From positions 1-53,150 of the IMG/VR virus record IMGVR_UViG_3300029290_000001: a stretch of 53,150 nucleotides of DNA, one strand, 5' to 3'. The notes under the pieces are model-generated. The model saw nothing but the letters and a program-made list of their open reading frames with translations. It was not told the DNA's origin and did no database searches. This DNA comes from a virus (Duplodnaviria; Caudoviricetes). Shown here in pieces: positions 8,502 to 18,000 of this stretch; position 1 is the first letter of the stretch; every line of letters begins with the position of its first letter. A program made the position numbers and the translations under genes.

Positions 8502-10192
8502 GGGAATTCCTTCACTGCTTCAGCATACATCTCGTCAATCTCGCCAAGTGCATTCTCCAGCAGCCGTAAACAGGTGCCTTCCCATACCGAGTTGATACTT
8601 TCGTCGTCGATTACCTGAGAGAAAACGCCGTGCCCGAATGGAAGTCGCGTGTACCACTTTGAGTACCACGCGATAAGGTTCGCCAGGGAGGTAGGCGATA
8701 CCTTTTCCTTCAGCATCGATTCGAGCGCCTTGTCTGAAGGCGGAACGTCCACGTAGTGAAGTCTCCGTCGTACCGCGGCATCAAGCTGAGTCGCCGAGCG
8801 GTCACGAGGATTCATCGTCGCGATGATGATCAGGTTTGACGGAATTGCCGCCTCTTCTTGAGATATGGCGAATCTAAATCGCCTTTCCCGGTGCTCGACA
8901 TATGTGAGTAATTCGCCTAACACAGCGTGGGCATTTGCGCGCGTGAATTCCTCGATCACCAGCACGTAGTGCCGATTCTGTGGATCGGAAGCGGCCCGTC
9001 GGCAGATCATACGCAGCGTCTTGTCGACAAGTCTGAACCCAGACCCATCGGGTCTGGGGACGAAGCCCTCGACAAAGTCTTCGTAGCCAGTGCTCTCGTG
9101 AAACTGTACTTCGACGACGCGATACGGATCGCCATCGGTTAGTTCATCGGCAACCAGCTTCGCAAGTCTTGATTTCCCGGTTCCCGGTAGACCCGAAAGG
9201 CACACTATCTTTGAGTGCCCGAACTTGTTCGCCGCATCAACTGTCCTTTTTAATAATGCTTGGTCCTCTTGGTCAGTGGATGGTGACGTCTTCTTGGATA
9301 TCGGTGCCGAGAGCCAACGCACGAAGCTCGCTCGATCAGTGCGGGCGTCACTGGGAATTACGACGTTCTCTCGCAGCGCGTCGTCAATCAAAGCGATTCG
9401 ATCAGGACGAAGGGTCCACAAACCTGTCTCTTCGTCGTCTTCAGCGAGCAGTCCCCCGAAGCTTGCACGACTTAGCCAAGGCGTAACGCGACGCCTGGTC
9501 TGGTTGCCGTCATCAACTGCGACGGCACTTTCCAGCCACGGTGTGGGGTCGGTAAAGTACCCAGACCCTCCCGCTGCTCGTGCATTGCGAATCCGATCAA
9601 TAACGCCATCAACCTCTCGTTGATGATGTATCAACATGAGACCGCGATTTAGCTCCTGCCAATGAAGCCGGTCACCCAATTGACGGGCTGCCTGCCAAAT
9701 CGCTCGAAATGGGAGCAAATCGCTGTCAGCTGGGTATGGACCATCCCCGCCGTCTGTGCCTTCGAGAGGGTTTAATAATGGGTAACGACCGAGAACCGTA
9801 ATTGCCCACTGAGAAAGGTGTTCGTTCGCGCCGGTGATGCGATTGGCCAAATCATCAAAAAGATCTCGAACTGCTCTTCCGAACGGCGAAACCTGCAAAA
9901 TCCCGTCTTTGTTGACGGTAAGAAGTCCTGCTCGTTCAAACAGCGGCTTCCATGTCCTCAGTCGAGATGCTTTAACCTCATCCGTGGGCGCTCGGCCTTT
10001 GACGGGGCGTCCGTGAAACCGGGAAATTGCCGTAGCGAGGTTCTTTCGCACAGCTTCATAATCATCAACTGATTCCTTGAAGGGCTCTCCGTCACTTTGG
10101 AGAAATGCCCACAGGTATGGGTGCATCGTGCTGTCGGGCAGCAGGAACTCCTGCTCCGGAATCACTTCATGATTGGCTGTGCTCCAGGACAT
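8474..10192 (-). CDS. mcrB: McrB-like AAA+ GTPase with ~300-aa N-terminal DNA-recognition region
   Basis: Walker A GLPGTGKS, VQFHESTGYEDFVEG, Walker B variant VIEEFTRAN, McrB signature TMNPRDRS, LDAAVRRR. Confidence 0.9.
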   Translation of the reverse strand: MSWSTANHEVIPEQEFLLPDSTMHPYLWAFLQSDGEPFKESVDDYEAVRKNLATAISRFHGRPVKGRAPTDEVKASRLRTWKPLFERAGLLTVNKDGILQVSPFGRAVRDLFDDLANRITGANEHLSQWAITVLGRYPLLNPLEGTDGGDGPYPADSDLLPFRAIWQAARQLGDRLHWQELNRGLMLIHHQREVDGVIDRIRNARAAGGSGYFTDPTPWLESAVAVDDGNQTRRRVTPWLSRASFGGLLAEDDEETGLWTLRPDRIALIDDALRENVVIPSDARTDRASFVRWLSAPISKKTSPSTDQEDQALLKRTVDAANKFGHSKIVCLSGLPGTGKSRLAKLVADELTDGDPYRVVEVQFHESTGYEDFVEGFVPRPDGSGFRLVDKTLRMICRRAASDPQNRHYVLVIEEFTRANAHAVLGELLTYVEHRERRFRFAISQEEAAIPSNLIIIATMNPRDRSATQLDAAVRRRLHYVDVPPSDKALESMLKEKVSPTSLANLIAWYSKWYTRLPFGHGVFSQVIDDESINSVWEGTCLRLLENALGEIDEMYAEAVKEFPCKANSTSV

Positions 10193-10263
10193 AATGGGTA
10201 TCTCATCTTGAAAACCTGGACAGTTTATGCTTAATGCTCCTGTTCGCCTACCCTGCTACGCGA

Positions 10264-10521
10264 TCAGGACATGTGAGCAAGCAGGTTGGATTCCTCCTCC
10301 CGACGCAGGACCAGCCCAGCGAGGCGGTTGCCCCTGGCAAACACCCACCTACGGAGCATGTAGGCTGCTGCAAGCAATCTCGCTAATTGACCCGCCGCCG
10401 AAGCGTCGAGGTCTGAAGTCGCCCGGAACCGAGGTTGAACGTGAAGTCCACGATGGCTGCCAGCAGACCCTCGGGCTCCGGCGCCAGCACCGGGCATTAG
10501 CGCAGCGCCAACGGCTAGCCC
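10264..10521 (-). pseudogene. Decayed C-terminal half of a GH24 phage lysozyme
   Basis: Minus strand reads LR*CPVLAPEPEGLLAAIVDFTFNLGSGRLQTSTLRRRVN*RD, then after a frameshift LRRWVFARGNRLAGLVLRREEESNLL; stops at 10499-10497 and 10385-10383; no N-terminal half or start. Confidence 0.85.
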
Positions 10522-10540
10522 TATGTTTGTAGCCGGATTT

Positions 10541-10918
10541 CTACGCTGCCCCCTTCACCCGCTCCGCCACATGCAACCCACCGAGGCCGAGCATCCCGAG
10601 CGTGAGCGTGGCCAGCGGTCCGATGTCGAGCGATGGCAGGTTTAGCGGGTGGCCAAGCGCGAGCGCCACCGCATTCGTGAGCGGTTCGCCCACGAAGTTC
10701 CAGAAATATCCCGCTACGCACACCCAGCCGAGGCCCCCGCGCCAGTGCTGCAACGGGTCCGAGCTTTGCGCCTCGGCCTTGTCGATGTCGGTCTGCGTCT
10801 GAATGAGCGCAAGCGAGGCGGCGAGTTTGGCTTTGTCCTCCTCGGTCTTGTCCGGGAAGAACATCCCGATGATGCTCTTGGCAGCTTCCGCTGCCGTACC
10901 GATGCCGGTGATGTCCAT
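10541..10918 (-). CDS. Holin (GTA-type 3TM holin family)
   Basis: IIGMFFPDKTEEDKAKL...EAQS..WRGGLGWVC...LGMLGLGG; hydrophobic segments; adjacent to endolysin candidate. Confidence 0.8.
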   Translation of the reverse strand: MDITGIGTAAEAAKSIIGMFFPDKTEEDKAKLAASLALIQTQTDIDKAEAQSSDPLQHWRGGLGWVCVAGYFWNFVGEPLTNAVALALGHPLNLPSLDIGPLATLTLGMLGLGGLHVAERVKGAA

Positions 10919-10930
10919 GAAGCGTCTCCC

Positions 10931-11407
10931 TCAGTCCTGGCAGGTGGTGGGCGCGCAGCCCGGTGCCCAGTGGTACTCGACAGTGTGTTCGCCTTTGCCG
11001 ACGAACGCGATCAGGCGCGCCAGTGTCGCGCGGCTCTCGAGGATGGCGAGCTGTGCGTGCGCGTCCGAATTCACGAGTGCACCGTAGCGGCCGCCAGCCA
11101 ACGTGCAGCCGTGCACCTGGGTTTCCATCCCGAGCGACACGTCGCCGGCGAAGTTGCCGCAGTGGATCAGGCAGTTCTGCCGCCCGTGCTTGTCCTCCAG
11201 GCGCAGCACGTCGCAATCAAGGTGCTCCGAGTGCCAGAGCGTTGCGCGGTAGCTGTCGTCACAGATGCATGAAATACCGCACTGGTTGTCGCGCCACGGC
11301 AGCTCGAGCGTCAGGCAGCTGAAGGTCTCGCCGGCGGCATTGACGGCGACCAGGTTGCCCGGCGTGCCGCTGTCAGTTGAGGGTTTTCGGGTGATGACGA
11401 TGTTCAT
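10931..11407 (-). CDS. DUF5675-like putative endolysin (L,D-peptidase-like)
   Basis: TPGNL, TLELPWRDN..ISCI, LIHCGN, HGCTL; start at ATG 11407 with GGAG upstream; position in lysis cassette. Confidence 0.7.
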   Translation of the reverse strand: MNIVITRKPSTDSGTPGNLVAVNAAGETFSCLTLELPWRDNQCGISCICDDSYRATLWHSEHLDCDVLRLEDKHGRQNCLIHCGNFAGDVSLGMETQVHGCTLAGGRYGALVNSDAHAQLAILESRATLARLIAFVGKGEHTVEYHWAPGCAPTTCQD

Positions 11408-11488
11408 CTTGTTTCTCCGCTCCAGGTCAATGGCAGCCGGCTTCGCTGCCGGCCACGAATACGAAAGCCACTGCACCCACGGGCCACC

Positions 11489-11659
11489 TCACTTTTTGGT
11501 GAAGTAGGTCAGCGCCAGATAGGTCAGACCGCCGAGCGCCATGGAACAGAGGCCGTAGAACGTCCAGCGCCCGAACGTGGCGAACTGGTCGTCTAGCCAT
11601 TCCTTGATCGCTTGCTTGACAGCTTCCTTGAATGCCGTCGTGTCTTTGATATCGTCCAT
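11489..11659 (-). CDS. Small single-TM protein (putative holin/antiholin or lysis accessory)
   Basis: 56 aa MDDIKD...C-terminal hydrophobic helix ending KK; start placed after the terminator. Confidence 0.55.
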   Translation of the reverse strand: MDDIKDTTAFKEAVKQAIKEWLDDQFATFGRWTFYGLCSMALGGLTYLALTYFTKK

Positions 11660-11669
11660 TCCCCGCCCC

Positions 11670-11696
11670 AAAAAAGAAAAACCGCCCGAAGGCGGT
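11670..11696 (-). terminator. Intrinsic terminator before lysis genes
   Basis: ACCGCC-TTCG-GGCGGT followed by TTTTCTTTTTT. Confidence 0.8.
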
Positions 11697-11721
11697 AGGT
11701 TCGTTCTCGTCATATCGCGCA

Positions 11722-12039
11722 CTATCCTGTAATGGCCTGAATCGTCCGGTGTTTGCGGCTTTGCTTGGGCGTCGTGGTCGCCGTCATGCTAGCGGTGGCG
11801 TTGCCTAAACGGATAGACGCCGTGCCGGCTTGAAATGCGGTAATGCTCGCCGTCGCGTTCGCAAGCGTGGATGTCCAATAGTTTTGCTCTGCCACCGTCA
11901 TGTTTACGGTCGCATTCGCCAAGTGAACATCGAGCGGGATGCCGAAATTGAAATTGGCGGCGCCATGCGCGGGCGGCGTGTAGGTGTTGCCGTTGAAATT
12001 TGGGCTGACGGCGTTATGAGCGGGCGGCGTGTATGACAT
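11722..12039 (-). CDS. Small virion/tail-associated protein with YTPPAH repeat
   Basis: Two YTPPAH...NF repeats and repeated L(A/G)NAT motifs; last gene of tail cluster. Confidence 0.55.
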   Translation of the reverse strand: MSYTPPAHNAVSPNFNGNTYTPPAHGAANFNFGIPLDVHLANATVNMTVAEQNYWTSTLANATASITAFQAGTASIRLGNATASMTATTTPKQSRKHRTIQAITG

Positions 12040-12042
12040 GGC

Positions 12043-12831
12043 TTACCCCGGCGTCACTTGATCGAACCCAATCATCTGGAACGTGGTCGGGTCAAACGCG
12101 ACAACCCATGCATTTGTCGAGCCGGTGCATTCAATCGAATACGTACCGTCAGAGGCCGTGCGCGCCATACCAAGAAACGCGAGCGTGGGCTTGTCGTAGG
12201 CGATGACGAGTGCGCCTTGCTTTGCGTTGCCGAGTTCGGTAACTGTGCCGTTCACGGTCGTCTTTGGCGCGGCGGGGCAGCACACGCGACCGCCCCAATT
12301 CGGTTTATCTATCCGACGCCCGGCGTTGCCGCTTACTAAGGCGTAGGTAAGTGCCCGCTGAAAGTCTTTTAGCTGGCGTCCAACCGAAGCCCCGTTCAGG
12401 ATGCCGACGTTGGCCCCGACCGTAAAAGTCTGCGTGACGTTCTGCCCCCATCCAGTGGCAAACACATTGTCGGCGGTTGTCCATGTTGTGCCGTCGTCGG
12501 AATACTGGAATTGCCAACGCATCGGCACTTGGTTCCAATAGCCGTCATTGCGCGTCGTTATCGCGTATTCCACGATGCTGGTGGCGCTGGCGAATTGGTA
12601 CTGAATCCACGCGCCGCTGATCTGCGAAGCGGTGCCCCAAATCGTTGATGCGTTGCCGTCGAAGGCATTCGCGGGCGACAGGCCGCTGTATGTCTCACTC
12701 GCGGTCGCGGTGCCGCCCGTGGCGACGTTCGCGCCGCTAGCGGTGGAATGCATATCGAGTTCCTGCAAACCGACCGCATTGCCGCCGTTGTTGTAGGTAA
12801 CGAGCAAGCGCCAATAGACGTGAGCGGCCAT
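12043..12831 (-). CDS. Discoidin (F5/8 type C)-like carbohydrate-binding tail protein
   Basis: TATAS..Y...PANAFDGNASTIW, WIQYQF, P..WQFQYSDDGTTWT. Confidence 0.7.
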   Translation of the reverse strand: MAAHVYWRLLVTYNNGGNAVGLQELDMHSTASGANVATGGTATASETYSGLSPANAFDGNASTIWGTASQISGAWIQYQFASATSIVEYAITTRNDGYWNQVPMRWQFQYSDDGTTWTTADNVFATGWGQNVTQTFTVGANVGILNGASVGRQLKDFQRALTYALVSGNAGRRIDKPNWGGRVCCPAAPKTTVNGTVTELGNAKQGALVIAYDKPTLAFLGMARTASDGTYSIECTGSTNAWVVAFDPTTFQMIGFDQVTPG

Positions 12832-12834
12832 GAC

Positions 12835-13848
12835 TTAGCTCCACGTGTTTGAAGTCTCAATAACGATCTGGCCGTCGTTGGCGGAGGCGGCGGCAATGCT
12901 TGAAGAGTTCCCGTACATATTCAGCGCCAAAAAACTTTTGCCGCTCATGTTGCCGGTGCCGCTGAACGTGTCGCCGTGCGCGCACGGGCGATAATGCAAC
13001 GGCGCCCACAAGCCTTTGAGATACCCGCGCACAGCGTTGGAGTGGCCGACCCAAATGGGCGCCAGTTCAAGTGCCGAATCCGGGCCGTTGGGATAGGTGA
13101 TCTGACACGAGTTGCCGCCGATTGCGCCGACTGAGCTATTTCCCGACGCCGCGCCCGCCATCTGCGAAGAGAACTTATTGAACGGGACACTGCTGCCCGT
13201 GCCGGTCCAGATGCGGTCAATGTAATGACCGATGCCGCCATATATCGAACTAAAGCTGCCGTCCAGAATATGCGAGCTAAAACACAAGGTCGGCAGCGCC
13301 TCGTAAGCGTAATTGTTCGAGTTCTCTGCGCCGCGCCCGATGATGACCGTGTTGTAAATGTCGCCAGATTTGTACGAGAAGATGTCGCCAAACGAGAAGC
13401 CCATGGAAAACGACGGGTTTGCGTAGTCGCCCGTATCCACGAACAGATGGAAGCACGTCGCATCGGCCACGGCATACCATGGGCGCGCGGTTGAATCCGC
13501 CGTGATTGATTTGCGGCAGACGACGCCGAAATTTGACTGGCCCACTGTCGGAAATGCCTGCGTGCCGGTGCCAAGCGCCGACATCGTTTCATACCCGCGC
13601 ATACGCGCCTCGCGGTACGAACCGCCGCCGGGGCCGCTGTCGTCTACATCCAGGTAATAGCCATTCGAGCCGGTGCCTTGCTTATAGTCGCGCTTGCTGG
13701 TGCCGGTGTATGCGATAGTCCAACCCGCCCCGGCCTTGGCGCCGTAGCCGTTGACGAGGATTGCATCGAGCAACGCAACGAGCGAGCCCGTTGCACCCGT
13801 GAGCGTCGGCGCGCTCGCGTCGGTCGAGTAGTACGCGGTAACAGTCAT
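12835..13848 (-). CDS. Phage tail fibre/virion structural protein
   Basis: N-terminal STDASAPTLTG..GSLVALLDAILVNGYG motif seen in phage virion proteins; G/S/T-rich. Confidence 0.65.
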   Translation of the reverse strand: MTVTAYYSTDASAPTLTGATGSLVALLDAILVNGYGAKAGAGWTIAYTGTSKRDYKQGTGSNGYYLDVDDSGPGGGSYREARMRGYETMSALGTGTQAFPTVGQSNFGVVCRKSITADSTARPWYAVADATCFHLFVDTGDYANPSFSMGFSFGDIFSYKSGDIYNTVIIGRGAENSNNYAYEALPTLCFSSHILDGSFSSIYGGIGHYIDRIWTGTGSSVPFNKFSSQMAGAASGNSSVGAIGGNSCQITYPNGPDSALELAPIWVGHSNAVRGYLKGLWAPLHYRPCAHGDTFSGTGNMSGKSFLALNMYGNSSSIAAASANDGQIVIETSNTWS

Positions 13849-13863
13849 TTTTCAGGCTCCAAT

Positions 13864-13890
13864 AAAAAAAGCCCGCGCGCAGCGGGCTTT
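13864..13890 (-). terminator. Intrinsic terminator
   Basis: AAAGCCCGC-TGCGC-GCGGGCTTT then TTTT. Confidence 0.8.
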
Positions 13891-13907
13891 GCTGTTGGTG
13901 GAATCGG

Positions 13908-14297
13908 TTAGGGGTTGCCTGCGGTGATTTGCGCCGCCGAAATGCTCACGGTCGCGCCGCTGACAAGCGTGGTTGTGTTCAGGTTTATGTCTGTGCCACT
14001 GGTGCCAACGTCCATATCCATAAGGAAAGTGCCGCCCGACGTGGTGAGCCGCGCCCATGTCGCCACGCCGCTCGCGCTCGCCGTGCCGTTCGCAATCGTG
14101 TTCAACGTAAGGACGCCGCCCGACGCAGAGTTGGCGAAAGTCGCATTGCATGTGAGCGTGCAAAGCGCGGTCGTCGCCGTGCCGCCCGTGGCCGGGCGCG
14201 TGCCGTTGTAGATGGTGATAACTGCGCTGCCGCCCGCTTGCGTGGTGATTGCGTTGAGCATCGCGTTACGCACTGCCGAAGCCATGCCGACTGTCAT
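13908..14297 (-). CDS. Conserved small phage tail protein
   Basis: 129 aa, RNAMLNAI...IYNGTRPA...ATWARL; T/A/G-rich; GGGAG RBS. Confidence 0.65.
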   Translation of the reverse strand: MTVGMASAVRNAMLNAITTQAGGSAVITIYNGTRPATGGTATTALCTLTCNATFANSASGGVLTLNTIANGTASASGVATWARLTTSGGTFLMDMDVGTSGTDINLNTTTLVSGATVSISAAQITAGNP

Positions 14298-14317
14298 TTT
14301 TTCGCTCCCGATAGACG

Positions 14318-14342
14318 AAAAAAAACGCCCCGAAGGGCGTTT
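14318..14342 (-). terminator. Intrinsic terminator
   Basis: AAACGCCC-TTCG-GGGCGTTT then TTTTT. Confidence 0.8.
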
Positions 14343-14363
14343 CTGTGTGCGGTTGAAATTGGG

Positions 14364-15092
14364 TTAGGGGCGCGTGCCTGCGAGCGTTACGGCGATGTTC
14401 GCGAGCGTCGCGTCTGCCGTCGCGGGGCCGGTCAAAGAAAGGATGTCGCCGGCCACAAAACTCGTGCTGGCCGTTACTGAAATCGTGCCGACCGTGCCCG
14501 ATGCGGCCCAAACAATCGTGCCGATTGACGTGCCGTTTTTCGCGATCGTGTATGTGGTCGAGCCGGTGGCCGCTGCCTGCGCGACGGCGGCGCCTGACGC
14601 GCCAGCGGGCAGCGTCCAGCCGCGCGGCGCTACGAACTCCCAAACAATTTCGCTGTTGGTCGTCAAGCCTTCCACATAGATACCGATGTCATAGACGCCA
14701 ACGGCAGCGACGGGCGGCGTGGCGCTTGGCTGATAGCTGCGCAAGTCGGTATAGCTGGTGACGGTCGTTGTGCCGGTGACGATGCTGTAGAGCGGAATCT
14801 TGCCGGTAGGCATGCCCGTCGTATTGACCGAGACGGCGCCGGTCGAGGTGTCCGCATAGAGGTAGTTCGTCGTGCTCGCCGTGAGCGTTACTGTGCCGTT
14901 GGCAATCGCGTTTGACGTGAGCCCGATTTGAAAATTGCCGCCGTAGTACGCCCACGTCAGCCCGTTGCATGCGCTCGCGTGACGGCCCCAAAGAGACGCC
15001 GGGCTCAACGCATCCGCGAGCGCGTTCATGATGACTTCTTTTGCCGCTTGGTTCGCGGCAATCGTGTCGAGTAGCGTCGTGCTGTTTGACAT
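14364..15092 (-). CDS. Tail fibre adaptor (DUF2793-like N-terminus)
   Basis: IAANQAAKEVIMNALADAL; immediately follows the large tail-tip gene. Confidence 0.6.
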   Translation of the reverse strand: MSNSTTLLDTIAANQAAKEVIMNALADALSPASLWGRHASACNGLTWAYYGGNFQIGLTSNAIANGTVTLTASTTNYLYADTSTGAVSVNTTGMPTGKIPLYSIVTGTTTVTSYTDLRSYQPSATPPVAAVGVYDIGIYVEGLTTNSEIVWEFVAPRGWTLPAGASGAAVAQAAATGSTTYTIAKNGTSIGTIVWAASGTVGTISVTASTSFVAGDILSLTGPATADATLANIAVTLAGTRP

Positions 15093-15095
15093 GCC

Positions 15096-18000
15096 TTACC
15101 TCGTAATGGTCGCCGTTGCGGCGCGGCCCAGGACGCCTAAATCGCTGTTCTGTGCAACGCTGAAATTGATGGTGTTGCCCGTGCTGCAACCATCGGCGGC
15201 GATGTTCGCAGCGGTGTAGACGTAGGTTTGCGCCGCAAGCACGGTCGCCGTGCGCACGACGGCGCCTGCGCCGTTCGTGATGGTCACTTGGTACGATTCC
15301 GTCTGCTGATCTAGCGGCACGTCTGCGCCGTTGAGCCAAGCCGCATTGACCCGCGCGCGCCGCATCCAAAAGAGGGAAATGTCGCTTGTGCTTGAGGCCG
15401 AGCCGGGCAACGCATGGAACTGTGCGGGCGACAGCGGCTGCACGCGCGCATTGGCCGGCGTCAACGTGCGATTGCCGGTCACTTGCCCCGAAAAGATATT
15501 GAGCAAGCGGGTGTCAAAATAGAGCTTGCTGCCGATGTCGTGCACATTCAGTCCAACGGGCGCAAGCGTGTTGCCAAGCAAGATGAATTTTTCGCCCGCA
15601 GCATGATTGCCAATCGCCCAATCCGTGCCACCGACGCCGCGCACAAAGCCCGTCAGCAGATAGGTATTCGCCGCCGTCAAGGTGGCGTTGCGGAAGTACA
15701 CGATTTCGCTGCCAATCACGGCGGCGCTGTTGCCGGCGAGGAAGTTGGCATAGGTCACTGACGAGAGCGAGCCGCTTTCAATCACGACGGTCGCCGCGCT
15801 CAATTCATCCGGTTGATTGCCGCCGCCGAAGTTCTGTAGCGCGTTGGTCATGGTGCCGATGACCGATGCGCCCGTGATGGCAACGAGATTGGTATAGCTG
15901 TTGCCGTCGCGCGAGATTTCGACCGTGCAGCCGGGCCATGACGACGCATAGCCGCAGGCGCCGATATAGAGGCCCGGCGTTGTGTCATTTGCGCGCAGCG
16001 GCGGCAGGTCCAATACAACAAGGTCGGACGGCCCACTGTATCCAACCTGTTGTTTCGGAAAGCCCGCAGGCGCGGCGCCCGCCGCCGTCGAGGTGTAGAT
16101 TGCCGGCGCTTCCGACAGCGCGGTCCACTTGAGCACGCCTTGCGCGTCGAATTGGCAATCAACGAGGCGCACGGTGTAGCTGTTGCCGCTCGCCCCTTGC
16201 AACGTCACGACATCATTGGGGACATATTTCAGATAGGCGAGCGTGGTCGTAAACGTGAACTCTTCGCGCGAGAGCCAAGCGTTCCAAAGCATCGTCTGCG
16301 CTTTCTGCAAACCCTCGTCATCGCCCAGGCAAATCGAAACCGAAAGCGTGGCCTCTTTGTTTGAGCGCGTCGTCGTGCGGAATGCAACCTGCGAACTCGT
16401 TTGATAGTCGTTATTGAGCCCGCAATATGTCAGCGTCAGTTGTTTGGGCAAGTCAAACTCTTGCGCGCGCATGATTTGCAGCGGCGTTTCGTTGGCGGGG
16501 TCGCCCAAGGTGTTGCCCACGCCCAGGTCGCTAAAAGCGAACGTGCCGACAGACGCGCCGCCACGTTTCACAAACGTCAGTTTGCCGTCAGCGTCGGCCA
16601 CATCAAAAAAGTAAGCCCCCATGAGCGGCATGAGATTGTCGCGCGCCGATGCATTGCTCGTGATGGCGTAGCCCGCAACGATGTCCGTGAGCTGCGACAC
16701 GTCATATTGCGACGACGTGAGGCCGGCGCGCGTGCAGATGTCCGCGACGATGGTAGACAGCGCTACGCCGGTAGAGCCCGAGCTAACAAAGGTCTTGGCG
16801 AGATAGCCAAGCTGCGGATGGTTATAGTCGGTCGGAAAACCGGCAAACATGATGAGGTTCGGGCTAACAACCTGCATCGTGTATGCGGGCACGCCATACC
16901 CGCCGCCGAGCACAGTCGCGGTGCCGGCCACGGAATCAAAAACGCTTAGGGTGCCGGCCCCGAACATGTAAATGTGGCGGTCGTCTACCGCGTGGCCGCA
17001 CTCGAATTGATTCAAGCCGGGAACGCCAAGCGATGAGATTGCCCACGTCTGAACAAGCGCAAGCGTGGTCGGCTGAAACTGGTAGAGGTAAGAGCCGTCT
17101 ATCGCGTACACGTAGGACGACGTAACGCCGACCATATTGAACGGCGCCTGCACCGTCGAGGTCGCAAAAGCGAGTCCGAAGGACGGCCCAACCGTAAAGC
17201 CAAAGATGACATGCGCGCCGCCGCCATAGTTGGACGTGCACCAGATGTTGTTGCCGAGTTTGACGTAACTGCGTTCCGTCCCCGCAGCGCCCATTGGTAG
17301 GCCGTTCACGCCGATAAGCACAGTGCCATCGGGTTGATACCAATTCCACGTGCCATTTGAGCCGGGGCCAAGCATGCCGGGCGTATCCGACCAAGTTGGG
17401 CCGGCAGCCGCGACCCAGCCCGTGCCCGGATTGGGATAGAAATTTGCGCTTGGCCCGTAAGGATTCGTCTGGCTGCCACCGTAGGCCGTAATCTGCCCGA
17501 CCCAAATGCCGGAGTAGTTGCCAACCCACCCATAGCCCACGCCCATATACAGGGCGCCTTGCGCCGACAGGCCGCTCATGGTGGCCGTGTCCTGGCCGGG
17601 CGTCTGCGTGAACGTGCCGACAGTGCCTTGCACGTAGACGCTGCTGATGCCCGTCACAACCTCAAACGAGAACGACGGCAGGAAGTTGCCCCATTCCGAT
17701 AGGTCGAGTTCGTTGAACACGGCATAGGCAAGCCCACGATGCGCCGGCACGTTGCCAACGCCAAGTTGGGATTCCATCGTCGGGTCGGGCGTCTGCAATT
17801 CGTCGCCGTTGTACACGACGAAATTGGACAGCATCTGATTGCTGCCGCTGATCTGCGCGTAGCTGGACGGGTTAGAAACGTCATAGACGAGTTTGCCGTT
17901 TGCCCAAATGCGGCGCACGCCTTGAATCGGTCCCTCGCACAAGCCGATGGCGAACGACATACGCACGACGGTTTGGCCCCCGCCCTTGCCCATGCCCTTG

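Noticed and set aside
10227-10532. 101-aa plus ORF and 77-aa minus ORF (10264-10497)
   Set aside because: Better explained by the frameshifted lysozyme remnant; only the last ~30 aa of the minus ORF are lysozyme-like
10193-10540. att site at the island/prophage junction
   Set aside because: No matching repeat found elsewhere in the window; serine-integrase att cores are too short to call by eye
11722-15092. Diversity-generating retroelement or invertible tail cassette
   Set aside because: No reverse transcriptase, template/variable repeat pair, invertase or inverted gene copies seen
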